A DNA stretch of 64,000 nt. Origin: an uncultured Gemmataceae bacterium (lineage in GTDB: Bacteria > Planctomycetota > Planctomycetia > Gemmatales > Gemmataceae). Below are positions 9,611-20,693 of this stretch, in pieces (position 1 is the first letter of the stretch; every line of letters starts with the position of its first letter). The notes beneath the pieces are model-generated. The model was not told the origin of the DNA. It saw only the letters and a program-made list of their open reading frames with translations, and searched no databases. The position numbers were made by a program, and so were the translations under genes. Location: assembly GCA_963750165.1 (NCBI GenBank), contig CAVVPN010000004.1, positions 1,276,910 through 1,340,909 of the forward strand, written 5' to 3'.

Positions 9611-11236
9611 ATGAGGAAGTTCTTACTGTTGGGAGTTTGCCTCCTGGGGGGCAGTATTGCGAGCCCCGGCTTCGCCCAGGAGGGAGTCTGGCGGCCCCGG
9701 GGGGACACCTCAGGGGCCGGATGCGCTGCGACCACCGGGGTGACGCTGGGGCGGCCCGTGCCGCTGACCGCTCCGGAGGCCGCCACAGCGCCGCCGTCCC
9801 TCGACCCGGGCGTGCGCGCGGCCGCGTTCGTTCTCACCCCCGCCCCGGTGGACGAACCGCTCGTCCGCGTCAAGTTCAGTGAATCGGCCTTCACCCACGC
9901 CGCCCCAGCCGCCCCAACCGCCCCAACCGCCCCAAGCGGCCCGGCGCTGGTCCCGATCCTGTTGCCGGATCCGGCCGTGACGAGCACCACTCAGGAATTC
10001 AACTTTCCGGGGCCGCCGGTGGTGGACGGGCCGAACAATTCGCTCCTCGCGCAACCGGGGGGAGAAGCGATCGTGTTCTGGGAGGAACTCGGCGGCGGCC
10101 TGCAGCGCTTCTACGTGCGGAAGGAGTACCTGGCGTGGTGGCTCAAGGGGCAGAACCTGCCGCCGCTGGTCACCACCAGTTCGCCGCTGCTGCCCGAGGG
10201 CAACCTCGGCGTCCTGGGGCCGGGCACCGCGGTGCTGTACGGCAACTCGACGCAGAGTGCGCAGCAGTTCAATGGCCTGCGGTTGACGGCGGGTTACTGG
10301 CTGGACCCCTGCGGCCTGTGGGCGGTCGAGGCCAGCGGCTTCTTCCTCGGCGGCCAGAGCAACCACTTCTCGGTCAACAGCATGACCACGCCGGTCATTG
10401 CCCGGCCGATCCAGATTCAGAACCTCGGCAACCTGGAGTCGCGCGAGCTGACCGCGACACCGGGGTTGTCGCCGGACGCGCTGTTCCTGCTGCGCGGCGG
10501 CGTCAACGTCGATTCGTCCACGCAGTTCTGGGGCGCCGAGGCCAACCTCCGCCGCGTGCTCTGCGCCGGTTGCAACTACCGCATCGACGCGCTCGCCGGC
10601 TTCCGCTACCTGGACCTGCGCGAGAGTTTGCAGATCACGGAGAGCGTGACAACGCTGAAGGATTTTCCGGAGCCGTCGCTGAATCCGCCGGTGCAGGTGA
10701 AGGCGGGCGACAACTTCCTGTCAATCGATCGCTTCGCCACGCGCAACCAGTTCTACGGCGGCCAGGTCGGGCTCAACGGTGAGTACCGCTGGGGCCGCTG
10801 GCTCTTCGGGGCCACGGCCAAGGTGGGCCTGGGCGTCACGCAGGAGACGCTCAACATCCAGGGCAGCACGACGCTGACGCAGGCGGCGACCGGCAACAAG
10901 ATCGTCGCGCCCGGTGGCCTGTACGCGCAGCCGAGTAACATCGGCCAGTTCAGCCAGAGTCACTTCGCGGTGGCGCCGGAGGTCGGTCTGCGGGTCGGCT
11001 ACCAGGTGACGGACAACATCAACATTTTCGTCGGCTACAGCGTCCTGTACCTGAGCAACGTCATCCGGCCGGGCGACCAGATCGACCGCAGCATCGACGT
11101 GACGCAGGCGCCGTTCGGCCTGGGCAACACCGTCAACCTGCCGCCGGTAACAGGCGTGCAGCACCCGACGCCGCTGTTCCGGCAGACGGACTTCTGGGCA
11201 CAGGGCGTCAACGTCGGCTTCGAGATTCGCTATTAA
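9611..11236 (+). CDS. BBP7/DUF1551-family outer-membrane beta-barrel protein
   Basis: EYLAWWLKG..LPPLVTTS, TRNQFYGGQVG, VIRPGDQIDR, TDFWAQGVNVGFEIRY terminal strand. Confidence 0.85.
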   Translation: MRKFLLLGVCLLGGSIASPGFAQEGVWRPRGDTSGAGCAATTGVTLGRPVPLTAPEAATAPPSLDPGVRAAAFVLTPAPVDEPLVRVKFSESAFTHAAPAAPTAPTAPSGPALVPILLPDPAVTSTTQEFNFPGPPVVDGPNNSLLAQPGGEAIVFWEELGGGLQRFYVRKEYLAWWLKGQNLPPLVTTSSPLLPEGNLGVLGPGTAVLYGNSTQSAQQFNGLRLTAGYWLDPCGLWAVEASGFFLGGQSNHFSVNSMTTPVIARPIQIQNLGNLESRELTATPGLSPDALFLLRGGVNVDSSTQFWGAEANLRRVLCAGCNYRIDALAGFRYLDLRESLQITESVTTLKDFPEPSLNPPVQVKAGDNFLSIDRFATRNQFYGGQVGLNGEYRWGRWLFGATAKVGLGVTQETLNIQGSTTLTQAATGNKIVAPGGLYAQPSNIGQFSQSHFAVAPEVGLRVGYQVTDNINIFVGYSVLYLSNVIRPGDQIDRSIDVTQAPFGLGNTVNLPPVTGVQHPTPLFRQTDFWAQGVNVGFEIRY

Positions 11237-11338
11237 AAACGATCCGCGGCGGCTGGCGGCAGCGGACAAGCGCGGTTCGGCTGCTACAACAACGAGGAGC
11301 CAGTTCGCCTGCCCCGCCGCCCGCCCCAGGAGGACCGC

Positions 11339-12703
11339 ATGAAGCCGCCGTTAGCGAACCGCATGGCCGAGTACGCCCAGCAACTCCGCTTCGCCGACCT
11401 GCCCGCGCCGGTCGTCCACGAAGCCAAGCGCCGCTTCATTGACTCGTTCGCCACGGCGGTCGGCGCGATGGAGGCGGAGGCGTATGCCATCGTCAAGCAC
11501 TGCGCGTTGCGCGTCAGCGCCACGCCAGACGCCGGCCTGCTCGGCGGCGGTCGCAGCAGCCCGGAATGGGCCACGTTCGGCAACGGCCTGCTCATCCGCT
11601 ATCTCGATTTCAATGACACCTACCTGTCACTGGAGCCGGCCCACCCGAGCGACAACCTGGCGCCGGTGCTGGCGGTCGGTGAGGCGGCGACCAGTACCGG
11701 GCAGGACCTGATCACCGCCGCGGTGCTGGCCTACGAGATCCAGTGCCGGCTGTGCGATGCCGCCAGTCTACGGAAAAAAGGCTTCGACCACGTCACCTAC
11801 GGGGCCATCTCGTCGGCCGTCGCGGCGTGCCGGCTGCTGCGGCTGGACGCGGTGAAGACGACGCACGCCATCGGCGTGGCGGGCGTGGCCAACACTGCCC
11901 TGCGGCAGACGCGCGCCGGCGAGCTGAGCATGTGGAAGGGCTGTGCTTTCGCCAACGCGGCGCGCAATGGCGTCTTCGCGGCACTGCTGGCGGCGGAGGG
12001 GTTGACCGGGCCGGCGCCGATTTTCGAGGGCGACCTCGGCATCATGAAGTTGCTGACCGGGCCGTTTGAGGTGGCGCCGTTCGGCGGCCAGGGCGGCGAC
12101 GGCTTCATGCTTGCCCGCACGTACATCAAGTTCTGGCCGGCGGAGTACCACTCGCAGAGCGCCATCGAAGCAGCGCTGCAGTTGCGGCCGCAGGTCGGCG
12201 ACGTGGGCAAGATCAAGGCGATTGACATTCACACGTTTGACGCGGCGGTGGACATCATCGGCAAGGATCCAGAGAAGTGGCGGCCGAAGACGCGCGAGAC
12301 GGCGGACCATTCGCTGCCCTACTGCACTGCGGTGGCGCTGGTCGATGGCGACGTGACCGAGGCCCAGTTCGCGCCCGTGCGCATCACTGATCCGAAGCTG
12401 ATCGACCTGGTGGCGAAGGTGAAGGTGCATCGCGACGCGGCGCTGTCGCAGCGCTACCCGGCCGGCATTCCGAACCGGCTGACGATCACGCTGGACGACG
12501 GCCGGCAGCTGGTCAACGAGGTGGAGTTCCCGCGCGGCCATGCGCAGAACCCGATGACTGACGCGGAGGTGGAGAAGAAGTTCCGCAGCATGGTCGAGCC
12601 GCGCTACGGCAAGGAGAAGGCGGAAAAAATCCTGGCGGCGTGCTGGCGGCTGGAGCAGTTGCCGGCCGGGGCCGCCGGGGAACTGATTCGGCTATTTGTT
12701 TAA
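11339..12703 (+). CDS. prpD: MmgE/PrpD family protein (2-methylcitrate dehydratase-like)
   Basis: RYLDFNDTY, HPSDN, LRQTRAGELSMWKG, TRETADHSLPY. Confidence 0.85.
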   Translation: MKPPLANRMAEYAQQLRFADLPAPVVHEAKRRFIDSFATAVGAMEAEAYAIVKHCALRVSATPDAGLLGGGRSSPEWATFGNGLLIRYLDFNDTYLSLEPAHPSDNLAPVLAVGEAATSTGQDLITAAVLAYEIQCRLCDAASLRKKGFDHVTYGAISSAVAACRLLRLDAVKTTHAIGVAGVANTALRQTRAGELSMWKGCAFANAARNGVFAALLAAEGLTGPAPIFEGDLGIMKLLTGPFEVAPFGGQGGDGFMLARTYIKFWPAEYHSQSAIEAALQLRPQVGDVGKIKAIDIHTFDAAVDIIGKDPEKWRPKTRETADHSLPYCTAVALVDGDVTEAQFAPVRITDPKLIDLVAKVKVHRDAALSQRYPAGIPNRLTITLDDGRQLVNEVEFPRGHAQNPMTDAEVEKKFRSMVEPRYGKEKAEKILAACWRLEQLPAGAAGELIRLFV

Positions 12704-12705
12704 CG

Positions 12706-12765
12706 TCCGAGCCCGAGCGCCAGCGCGGGGCCAAGTCTGCCCCGCGCTGGCGCTCGGGCTCCGAC
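12706..12765. repeat. REP-like hairpin between convergent genes
   Basis: tccgagcccgagcgccagcgcgggg...ccccgcgctggcgctcgggctccgac; near-identical copy at 18009-18067. Confidence 0.8.
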
Positions 12766-12770
12766 CGGCG

Positions 12771-14024
12771 CTAGGCGTTCTCGCAGCCCAGTTCGCTGAC
12801 CAGCGCCCGCAGGAACGGCTCCGCATCGGTGACGATGCCCACCGTCTGAATGCTGCCGCGGTCCGTCAGCTTGGTCACCGTCGCCGGGTTGATGTCCACG
12901 CACGCCACCTTCACCCACGCCGGCAATAAATTGCCCGTCGCAATCGAATGCAGCATCGTCGCCACCATCAGCGCGAAGCCGATGCCGTGCGTCAGTTCGC
13001 GCATGCGCTGCTGCGCCTCCAGCACGTCGTTGATAACCTCCGGCAGCGGCGTGTGATCGCGGATGCTGCCGCCGAGCACGAACGGTACGTCGCGTTTCAG
13101 GCACTCGTACAGGATGCCGCTCCTGAGCACGCCGCGGTCCACGGCGGCGCGGAGGCCGCCCAGGCGGCGGATTTTGTTGACGGCACGCAGCGGGTTTTCG
13201 TGGCCCTCCTCGGTCGGGATGCCGCGCTCCAGCGAGACGCCCTGGCTGGTGCCGTACAGCGCCTGCTCCACGTCGTAGGTGGCGACCGCGTTGCCGGTGA
13301 ACAGCACCTGCACGAAACCGCCACGGATCAGCTTGCAGACATGGCCGACACTGCCGGTGTGGACCACGGCGGCGCCGAGGACGGCGAGGAGTTTTTCGCC
13401 GGCGTCCCGGCTGCGGCGCATGGCGGCGGCGATCTCGCGCACCGCCACGTTCTTGGGCTGCTCGCTCGACACGGCGCTGGCCATGAACTCAAACAGGTTC
13501 TGACGGGCGGTGGTCGAAGCGGGGAAGACGCGCACGCCCTGATGGCCGACGACGATGCGGTCGCCCTTGCGCACCAGGGCCATCGGCAGGCAGCGGGCGG
13601 CGGCGCCCTCGGGGTCGATCAGGATGCCGCAATCCATCTCCTGGTCCTCGACCTCGATCCACTCGCCGCCCAGGCGAACCTGCGTGCGATAGCTGGTGGT
13701 GCTGTAGAAGTCCTGCGGGAAGGCGCTGTCGATGTCGGCGGCGACAACGCGGCAGTCCTGAGCGTCCGTCGGCACGGCGCCGTGGGTGTGAATCTTCTCC
13801 AGGATGAGCCGCAGCTGGTCCGCCGTGGCGGCGCACACCTCGATGCGCGCTCGACTGGGATCCTCCTGACGCTGGCCGAGCTGCATGTCCTTGAGGACAT
13901 AGGAGCCGCCCAGCGTCAGGATTTCGTCCAGTACCCGCGGCAGGATCAGCGAGTCGATCAGGTGGCCCTGCATCTCCACCTCCTCGGCGAAGGGCAGGCC
14001 AACGGGGGTCGTGGTCGTGGACAT
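12771..14024 (-). CDS. TIGR00300 family (LOR/SDH-conserved region; ornithine cyclodeaminase-like)
   Basis: GHLIDSLIL, FYSTT, EMDCGI, FEFMASAVSSE, ATMLHSIATGN, VDINPATVTKLTDRGS. Confidence 0.88.
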   Translation of the reverse strand: MSTTTTPVGLPFAEEVEMQGHLIDSLILPRVLDEILTLGGSYVLKDMQLGQRQEDPSRARIEVCAATADQLRLILEKIHTHGAVPTDAQDCRVVAADIDSAFPQDFYSTTSYRTQVRLGGEWIEVEDQEMDCGILIDPEGAAARCLPMALVRKGDRIVVGHQGVRVFPASTTARQNLFEFMASAVSSEQPKNVAVREIAAAMRRSRDAGEKLLAVLGAAVVHTGSVGHVCKLIRGGFVQVLFTGNAVATYDVEQALYGTSQGVSLERGIPTEEGHENPLRAVNKIRRLGGLRAAVDRGVLRSGILYECLKRDVPFVLGGSIRDHTPLPEVINDVLEAQQRMRELTHGIGFALMVATMLHSIATGNLLPAWVKVACVDINPATVTKLTDRGSIQTVGIVTDAEPFLRALVSELGCENA

Positions 14025-14051
14025 GGGGTGATCTGCCTTTCTTGCCATTGC

Positions 14052-14109
14052 CGTAGTGCAGGCGGACCGCCTACACCACCCGCTTGTGCGGGCGGCCGCC
14101 CGCACTACG
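14052..14109. repeat. GTAG-type REP-like palindrome overlapping the DHS-like stop codon
   Basis: cgtagtgcaggcggaccgcc...ggcggccgcccgcactacg. Confidence 0.65.
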
Positions 14110-15157
14110 GGACGCTCACCGGGTCGAGGACGCGGCCCCAGCGCCGCGCCGTCCGCATCTTCCAGTGGCCGCGATGGTAGGCGTAGCCCAGCAGCAGCGG
14201 CACCGCCAGCGTCGCCTCGGCGTACACCATCTGCTCGTCGGCCAGCTCGACCTTGCCCCAGCTCGACGCCTCCTTGAGCGTGCTGCCCGACAGCGCCCCG
14301 TCGCGCACGTCCGCCACGGTGATCTGTACCGCGTACTTGTGCATCGGTGCCTCCTTGCCCAGCACGTCCGCGGCCACCACGATGTCCTGGGCGAAGTTCT
14401 TGGGCACACCGCCGCCGACCATGAACAGGCCTGTCGTCGGATTGTGGATCTTCAACCGCGTTAGCTCCAGGAAGTCCTTCGCGCTGTCGAGAGTGACCAT
14501 CGGCTGGTCGCCGCGGGCGTGCTGGTGCGCCACCAGGCCGAAGCCGGCCGAGCAGTCGCTGAACGCGGGGCAGAAGATCGGCATGTCCCGGCGGTACGCC
14601 TCGAAGACAATGCTGTCCGCCGTCTTGCAGCCGACGCGCTCCAGGTGCTGGCCCATTGCCCGGATGAACTCGCGCGAGGAGTACGGCCGCGGCTCCAGGT
14701 CGTCCGCGATCTGCCGGATGGTGTCGTCACATACCCGTAGCTCGTCCTCGTCGATGAGCGTGTCGTAAATGCGGTCCAGGTGCAGCTCGCGCAGCTCGGC
14801 GTCGTCCGTGCCGGAGCGGATGCGCTCCGGGCCGACGTAGTGCTTGAAGCCGAGCGCCTCGAAGAAATCCTGATCCACGATGTTGGCCCCGGTGCTGACG
14901 ATGGCGTCCACCAGGTTACAGCGGACGGCATCGACGAAGACCTTCTTGAGACCCGCGCTGATGAGCGAGCCGGCCAGGCACAGGATGATGCCGCAGTCGC
15001 GGTCCTGGATCATGCGGTCGGTGATGTTGGCGGCGCGGGCCAGGTCGCGGGCGGTGAAGGCCATGTGCCGCATGGCCTCCACCAGCGGCACGACGTTGTG
15101 CTTGGTGATGTCAATGTGCTCGATCGGAGTCGCGAGCAGGTCGGCGCGGTTGAGCAC
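14105..15157 (-). CDS. Deoxyhypusine synthase-like protein (bacterial SpeY-type)
   Basis: LAGSLISAG, STGANIVDQD, FCPAFSDCSAG, GGGVPKNFAQD, RDGALSGSTLKEASSWGK. Confidence 0.88.
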   Translation of the reverse strand: MLNRADLLATPIEHIDITKHNVVPLVEAMRHMAFTARDLARAANITDRMIQDRDCGIILCLAGSLISAGLKKVFVDAVRCNLVDAIVSTGANIVDQDFFEALGFKHYVGPERIRSGTDDAELRELHLDRIYDTLIDEDELRVCDDTIRQIADDLEPRPYSSREFIRAMGQHLERVGCKTADSIVFEAYRRDMPIFCPAFSDCSAGFGLVAHQHARGDQPMVTLDSAKDFLELTRLKIHNPTTGLFMVGGGVPKNFAQDIVVAADVLGKEAPMHKYAVQITVADVRDGALSGSTLKEASSWGKVELADEQMVYAEATLAVPLLLGYAYHRGHWKMRTARRWGRVLDPVSVP

Positions 15158-15175
15158 GAGTCGTCTCCTACAGAG

Positions 15176-15787
15176 TTACTTCTTGTTGAACCGAATGCGG
15201 CACCCGCGGGCGAGCGTCTCCCCTGGCGTCGCCTTGTCGCCCCGGAGGGTCGCCTGCACTGCGTCTTCCAGGTAACGGAGCTTGACGTTGGCGGCGGTGC
15301 TGGTGTCGTCCATGGCGCCCAGGTAGGCAATTTTACGCGCCTTGTTGAGCACGAAAAACTCCGGCGTGTAGATGGCCCCGTAAGCACGGGCGCTCTGCTG
15401 GCTGGGGTCGTAGAGGTACGGGAAGTTGAAGCGCTTCTCCCTGGCCCGCTCCTTCATCTTGTCCAGCCGATCCTCGGGGATGGTGTTGACGTTGATGGCG
15501 ACCACGGCCACCTTGCTTGTGGGACCGGCGTACTTCTTCGTGAAAGCGATGATGCGGTCCTCGTAATCGACCGCGATGGGGCAACTGTTGCAAGTGAAGA
15601 CGACGACCACGACCTCCTTATCCTTGAAGTCGCTCAGCGCATGCTTCTTGCCGTCGGTGCCTTCGAGGCCGGACCAGGCCGGGGCGGCGTCGCCGACCTT
15701 GAGCACCTCGTTGTACTCGCCGCCGGGCCGGGCGGCCGTCAGCAACAGTCCGGCCGCCAGCGCGATTGCCGTGTGCCAGCGCAGCAT
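15176..15787 (-). CDS. Exported thioredoxin/AhpC-TSA family protein
   Basis: Signal peptide, FTCNSCP, FPYLYD, TPEFFV, GCRI. Confidence 0.85.
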   Translation of the reverse strand: MLRWHTAIALAAGLLLTAARPGGEYNEVLKVGDAAPAWSGLEGTDGKKHALSDFKDKEVVVVVFTCNSCPIAVDYEDRIIAFTKKYAGPTSKVAVVAINVNTIPEDRLDKMKERAREKRFNFPYLYDPSQQSARAYGAIYTPEFFVLNKARKIAYLGAMDDTSTAANVKLRYLEDAVQATLRGDKATPGETLARGCRIRFNKK

Positions 15788-16035
15788 GGAATTCCCTCCG
15801 GGGCGACGGTCAAGCGTCCAGGGGTCATGGTATGGCTCGGTGCGGCGGCGAACATCCTGACTTTAGAGGCCAGCAACAGCTTTGTGAGATCAAGTCAGGG
15901 ATGCCCGGGCGGTCAGGTGCTGCCCGCGACAGGAGGCAACCGCCCACTGCGGACCTTGATATGGCCAGAACCATGTGTGACAATTCAAACAACTCCCCAC
16001 TGGAGAGGCGCGGTTCAATCAGCGGAGCGGCAATC

Positions 16036-19000
16036 ATGGCCATCGCACAAAAACTCTCGACCCTTGCGCTACGGGAAGTCCTCGAAGGCGCCTGCAAGGC
16101 AGTCGGCTTCAAGGCCGGCGAGGGCGTCGTCGAAGGTGTCGTCGGCTTCCTCGTCCACCATTTGACCGACCACAGCCAGAAACTGCCCTGGGCGCTGGGC
16201 CGGGCCAACGAGCACGCCTGGAAGGCCCTGGAGATCGCCCTGGCCGGCGAATCGCTCTGGAGTTGGCTCGATCGCGCCGAGAACAAGGCGTTCCGCGCTC
16301 AGGTGCGCGCCTTCCTCAATGCGACGCCGCTCGCGGGGCTGCCCGGCCACGGCCCCGAGTTCCGCCAGCAGTGCCTGCGCGAACTGCGTGCCGCCCGCCA
16401 GGCGGGGCTGCTGCCCGGCTCGCTGCAAATGCAGGAACTGGCGAAGGAGGCCGGCCAGTTCGCGCGCTTCAGCGACCCGCAGGCACTGCTCGACGCCGAG
16501 AACGCCACGCTGACCGACCTGGCCGAGGAATTCCGTCAGGCGAAGTACGGAGCGCTGGCGCACCTGGTGGCGCTGCGTGTCGGCAGCGACGGCAGCGTGA
16601 CGGTGCTGGCGGCGGCGGTGCGTTACTTCTTTCGCCGTGAGGTCGAGACCGACCGCGAGTTGTTTCAGGGTCTGACCTTCGCCAAACTGGACGGCCTGCA
16701 ACAAACGCAGGAGCAGGGCTTCGCGGCGCTGGCCGAGGCGCTGACGAGTGCCACCGGCGAGTTGGAGGCCATGCTGGCGAGCGTGCAGGAGATCGTTGTC
16801 GAGACGCACGGCGTTGTCGTGGACATCCAGAAAGAGGTCAACAAGCTGGCGGAGCGCTTCGACCTGCTGCGCCGCGAACTGCGGCCGCGCGACAGCCTGA
16901 GCATCAACGACGAGGGCGAACGCAAACTGGTCCGCCAGCTGGTGGCGCGCTACCGGGCGCTGCCGGCGGAACAGCGCCACAAGTTCCCGGACCTGCTCGG
17001 CTCCATCGGCAAGCTGGAGGTGGCGACCGGCGACTTCGACGCGGCCCAGCGCGACTTCCTGGAACTGGCCGGCGTCGCCACGGACACCGCGGCCAGGGCG
17101 GAGGCACACCACAACGCTTACGGCGCCGCCCTGGAGCGCGGCGACTTCGCCTCGGCACTGACCGAGCTGGGGCAGGCGGTGGCGCTGGACGCGGGCCGCT
17201 TCGCGCCGTTTCCGTGGCACAAGTACGAGCCGGAACGCATCCTCGGCATGGGCGGTTTCGGTGTCGCGTTCCTGTGCCGCAACCGCCACTCCGGCAGCCG
17301 GGTCGTCATCAAGACGCTGCGCAGCGACAGCCTCGACCGGCAGGTGTCCGACGTGTTCCGCGAGGCTCGCGTGCTGGAGGACCTGGAGCACCCGGCCATC
17401 ATCCGCCTGCGCGACTGCGACTACGCTGATGCCGCCGCGACCCGGCCCTACCTCGTCATGGACTATTTCGAGGGCATGACGTTGCAGGACCACATCGACC
17501 AGCACGGGCCGCTGCTGCCCGCCCGGCTGCTGCCGCTGGCGCGGACGGTCGCGGAGGCGCTGCGGACGGCGCACGCCCGCGGCATCCTGCACCGCGACGT
17601 GAAGCCGGCCAACCTGCTCGTGCGCCCGACGGCGACGGCTGGCGCGTCAAGCTCATCGATTTTGGGCTGGCGCTGAAGCAAAATCTCATTCAGGCGACGA
17701 TGGCCACGCCGTCGGCGGCGCCAACCGCACCGTGTCGGGCTACAGCATCGCCGGCACCATCGACTACGCGGCGCCGGAGCAGATGGGCCGGCTGCCGGCG
17801 CGCAGGTTGGGCCGCACACGGACGTGTACGGCTTTGGCAAGATGTGCTGTTACGCGCTGTTCAAAACGGTGAACCCGCTGCGCAAGCACTGGCGCGACAT
17901 CCCCGAGGAACTGGCGGACGTGCTGGAGCAGTGTTTGCACGAGGCACCGCAGGAGCGGTTGGCGAACTTCGACAAGGTGCTCGCCGGCCTGGCGACGACA
18001 CCCGTGGGTCCGAGCCCGAGCGTCAGCGCGGGGGCTCGCGTGCCCCGCGCTGACGCTCGGGTTCCGACGGCGCCAACCCCCCGGGCGGCGCCGACGATGA
18101 CCGCCAGCCCCAAGCGCGAATGGTGGCGCGTGCGGCCGGAGCAGGGCGGCGCTCTGCCGCTGGCGCGCAACGCCCGTCGCTTTGAGGGCCACAGTGACGC
18201 GGTGCTGTCCGTGGCGTTTTCGCCGGACGGCCAGCGTCTGCTGTCAGGCAGCGCTGACTCGACGGTGCGCCTGTGGGACGCGCAGACTGGCGAGCAGGTC
18301 TGCATCCTGAGCGGTCACACGGACAAGGTGTGGTCAGTGACGTTTCTGCCGGACGGTCAGCGGGCGCTGTCGGCGGGCAAGGACCGCAGTGTGCGGCTGT
18401 GGGACGTGCAGCGCGGCTGTGAGCTGCGCTGCTTCGAGGGCCGCACCAATCGCGGGTTGGCGGTATCGCCGGACGGCAAGTTGGCGGTCACCGGCAGCGT
18501 CGCGGACGGCATGGTGCGGCTGTGGCAGGTGGACAGCGGCCGCGAACTGAGCCGCTTCAAGGGCCACATGAGCTGGGTGCTGGGCCTGGCGTTCACGCCC
18601 GACGGCAACCAGGTGCTGACCAGCAGCGCTGACGGCACGGTGCGGCTCTGGGAGGTCCACAACGGCCGCGAACTGAAGCGGCTGGGGGGTCACAAGGACC
18701 AGGTGCAATGCGTCGCGGCGGGCGCGGGCGGCCGGCAGGCGCTGTCCGGCGGCTCCGACCAGACGGTGCGGATGTGGGACCTCAAGAGCGGCAAGGAACT
18801 GCGGCGCTTCGGCGATGGGGTCGATCAGCTCTGGTGCGTGGCGTTCTCGCCGGACGGCTGGCTGACGGCGTGGGAGGGGCCGGACTGGTCGGTGGTGGTG
18901 CGTGAGGCCGACACCGGCCGCGAGGTGCAGCGCTTCCAGGGCCACAGCGCCCGGGTCATGAGTGTGGCGTTCGCGCCAGACGGTCGGGCGCTATTGTCGG

Positions 19001-19044
19001 GTGGCGTCGATAAGACGCTGTGTCTGTGGCCGCTGCCGGAATGA
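16036..19044 (+). CDS. Ser/Thr protein kinase with N-terminal helical/TPR region and C-terminal WD40 propeller; frameshifts between 17630 and 17820
   Basis: LGMGGFG, VVIK, HRDVKPAN; DFG and DYAAPEQ readable in shifted frames; about 7 GH...WD repeats. Confidence 0.85.
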
Positions 19045-20693
19045 TCGGTTCTGCCGCTTGCGGCCTGGCGCTCGCAGCGAGCGCCAGGCCCGGTTCGTCC
19101 CGGCCTGGCGGGGCGAGCCGGGCCTCCTCGCGCCAGAGCATGGTGGTCTGCAGTCGGCCGCGCAGGAAGCGGATTGTATCCCACTCCCTGGAGAGCTTCA
19201 TTTCGGATTGTTTGGTCAACTTCTCCAAACCTGCGAGTTCGTTGAGCGACATGAAGTATTGCTTGCACGCCTCGGCGTATTGGCCAGCGAGGTCCCACTC
19301 TTTTTTGGCACGCGCACCAGACGGCCGCCCAAACTTTGTAAGCTCCTTCACCAGATTGTCCGCGGTTTCCTCGCCCTTCGTGAAGGCGGCCACCATCGCT
19401 TTCAGTTGTTCCTTCCCGTTCGGCCCCATGGCTTTTCTGATCTTCATCAACGGCAAGGCGTAGCGGTCCTGGGTCGTGGCCACCAGTTCGTCCAGGCGCG
19501 TTAATTTGCGGTTCACCAGATCGCGCAACTTCCGCTCTTCCGCCGTCGGTGGCGCGTCCCCGTTCGCCTTTTTCTTTTGGCCGTTGGGGCGCTCGCGCTG
19601 CTCCGCCTGAGCGCCCTGGTCCGGCTGAACCTGCCACCCACCGACCGACGCCACCGCTAGCAGCAATCCGGCCACGGGCACCGCGAACGCCCCAGCCGTC
19701 CCCAGCCAGCTCTGCGCCCCCCTGCCGAAGCGGCTGTAGACCAGCGGCACCGCAATGATCGCGCCCGCGATGGCGCCGCCGAGGTGCCCCGCCCAGCTGA
19801 CGCCCGGAAACAGGCTGATGATCGTAATCAGGAAGACGTTGATGATGATGCTGCGCATCCAGCTGGAGGCGATGGTTGGCGGCAGGTAGGGCCGGTTCAG
19901 CATCACCCAGACGCCCATCGAGGCGAGGATGCCGCACAACGCCCCGGAGGCGCCGCCCATGAGCACGATCGGGTTGATGATCACCTGAGCCGCGCCACCG
20001 CACAGCCCCGCCGCCAGGTACATCAGCAGGTAACGCCAGCGGCCCCACATGCGCTCCACCATCGGCCCCAGGATGTAGAGGCCGTACATGTTCATCAAAA
20101 TGTGCAAGCCGCCGAAGTGAACGAAACAGTACGACACCAGCCGCCACCACTCGCCATGCCGCAGGTCCGAGACGTGCAGCGCCCCGGTGGCGTGCCAGAT
20201 GGGCGCCACCTCGCGGGAGTCAATGACGAACAGGTACTGGTTGAGGGGAATCTGCTGCTGCTGCGCCAGGATCAGGCCGATCACGAAGACGGCGACGTTG
20301 GCGTACAGCAGCAGTTTGGTGACCGCCGGCGGCCGCTCGTCGAGCAAGGCCTGGCGCACCGCCTCGGCACGCCCCAGCGGCGACCGCAGTTCGACCAGCT
20401 CGGGCCGCGGCGTCGGAGCGGCCGGCGGTCGGCCGGCGCAGCGCCGTCAGCTGACGATGGTTTTGTAGCACGGCGGCGCCGTGGTCGGTCAAGACGTAGC
20501 CCTGGCCGTGCGGCGGCTCCCAGTCGGTCAGCCGCACCAGACCGTTCAGGCGGAGCCGGTCCAGGCTGGCGTCGAGGGCGTCGCGGGAGACCCCGGTGGC
20601 CTGGGCGTAGGCGGCGGGGTACCAGGGCTGCGGACTGGCGGCGGCCACTTCGCGCAGCACAATTTCCTGCAGGTCGGTTGCGGAGGCACTCAT
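18956..20693 (-). CDS. Rhomboid intramembrane serine protease with N- and C-terminal extensions; frameshifted near 20400; 3' end uncertain
   Basis: WWRL, HFGGLHILMN, GASG, HLGG motifs. Confidence 0.8.

Noticed and set aside
9901..9936. 9-bp tandem repeat in the BBP7 gene
   Set aside because: Ordinary in-frame Ala-Pro-Thr linker.
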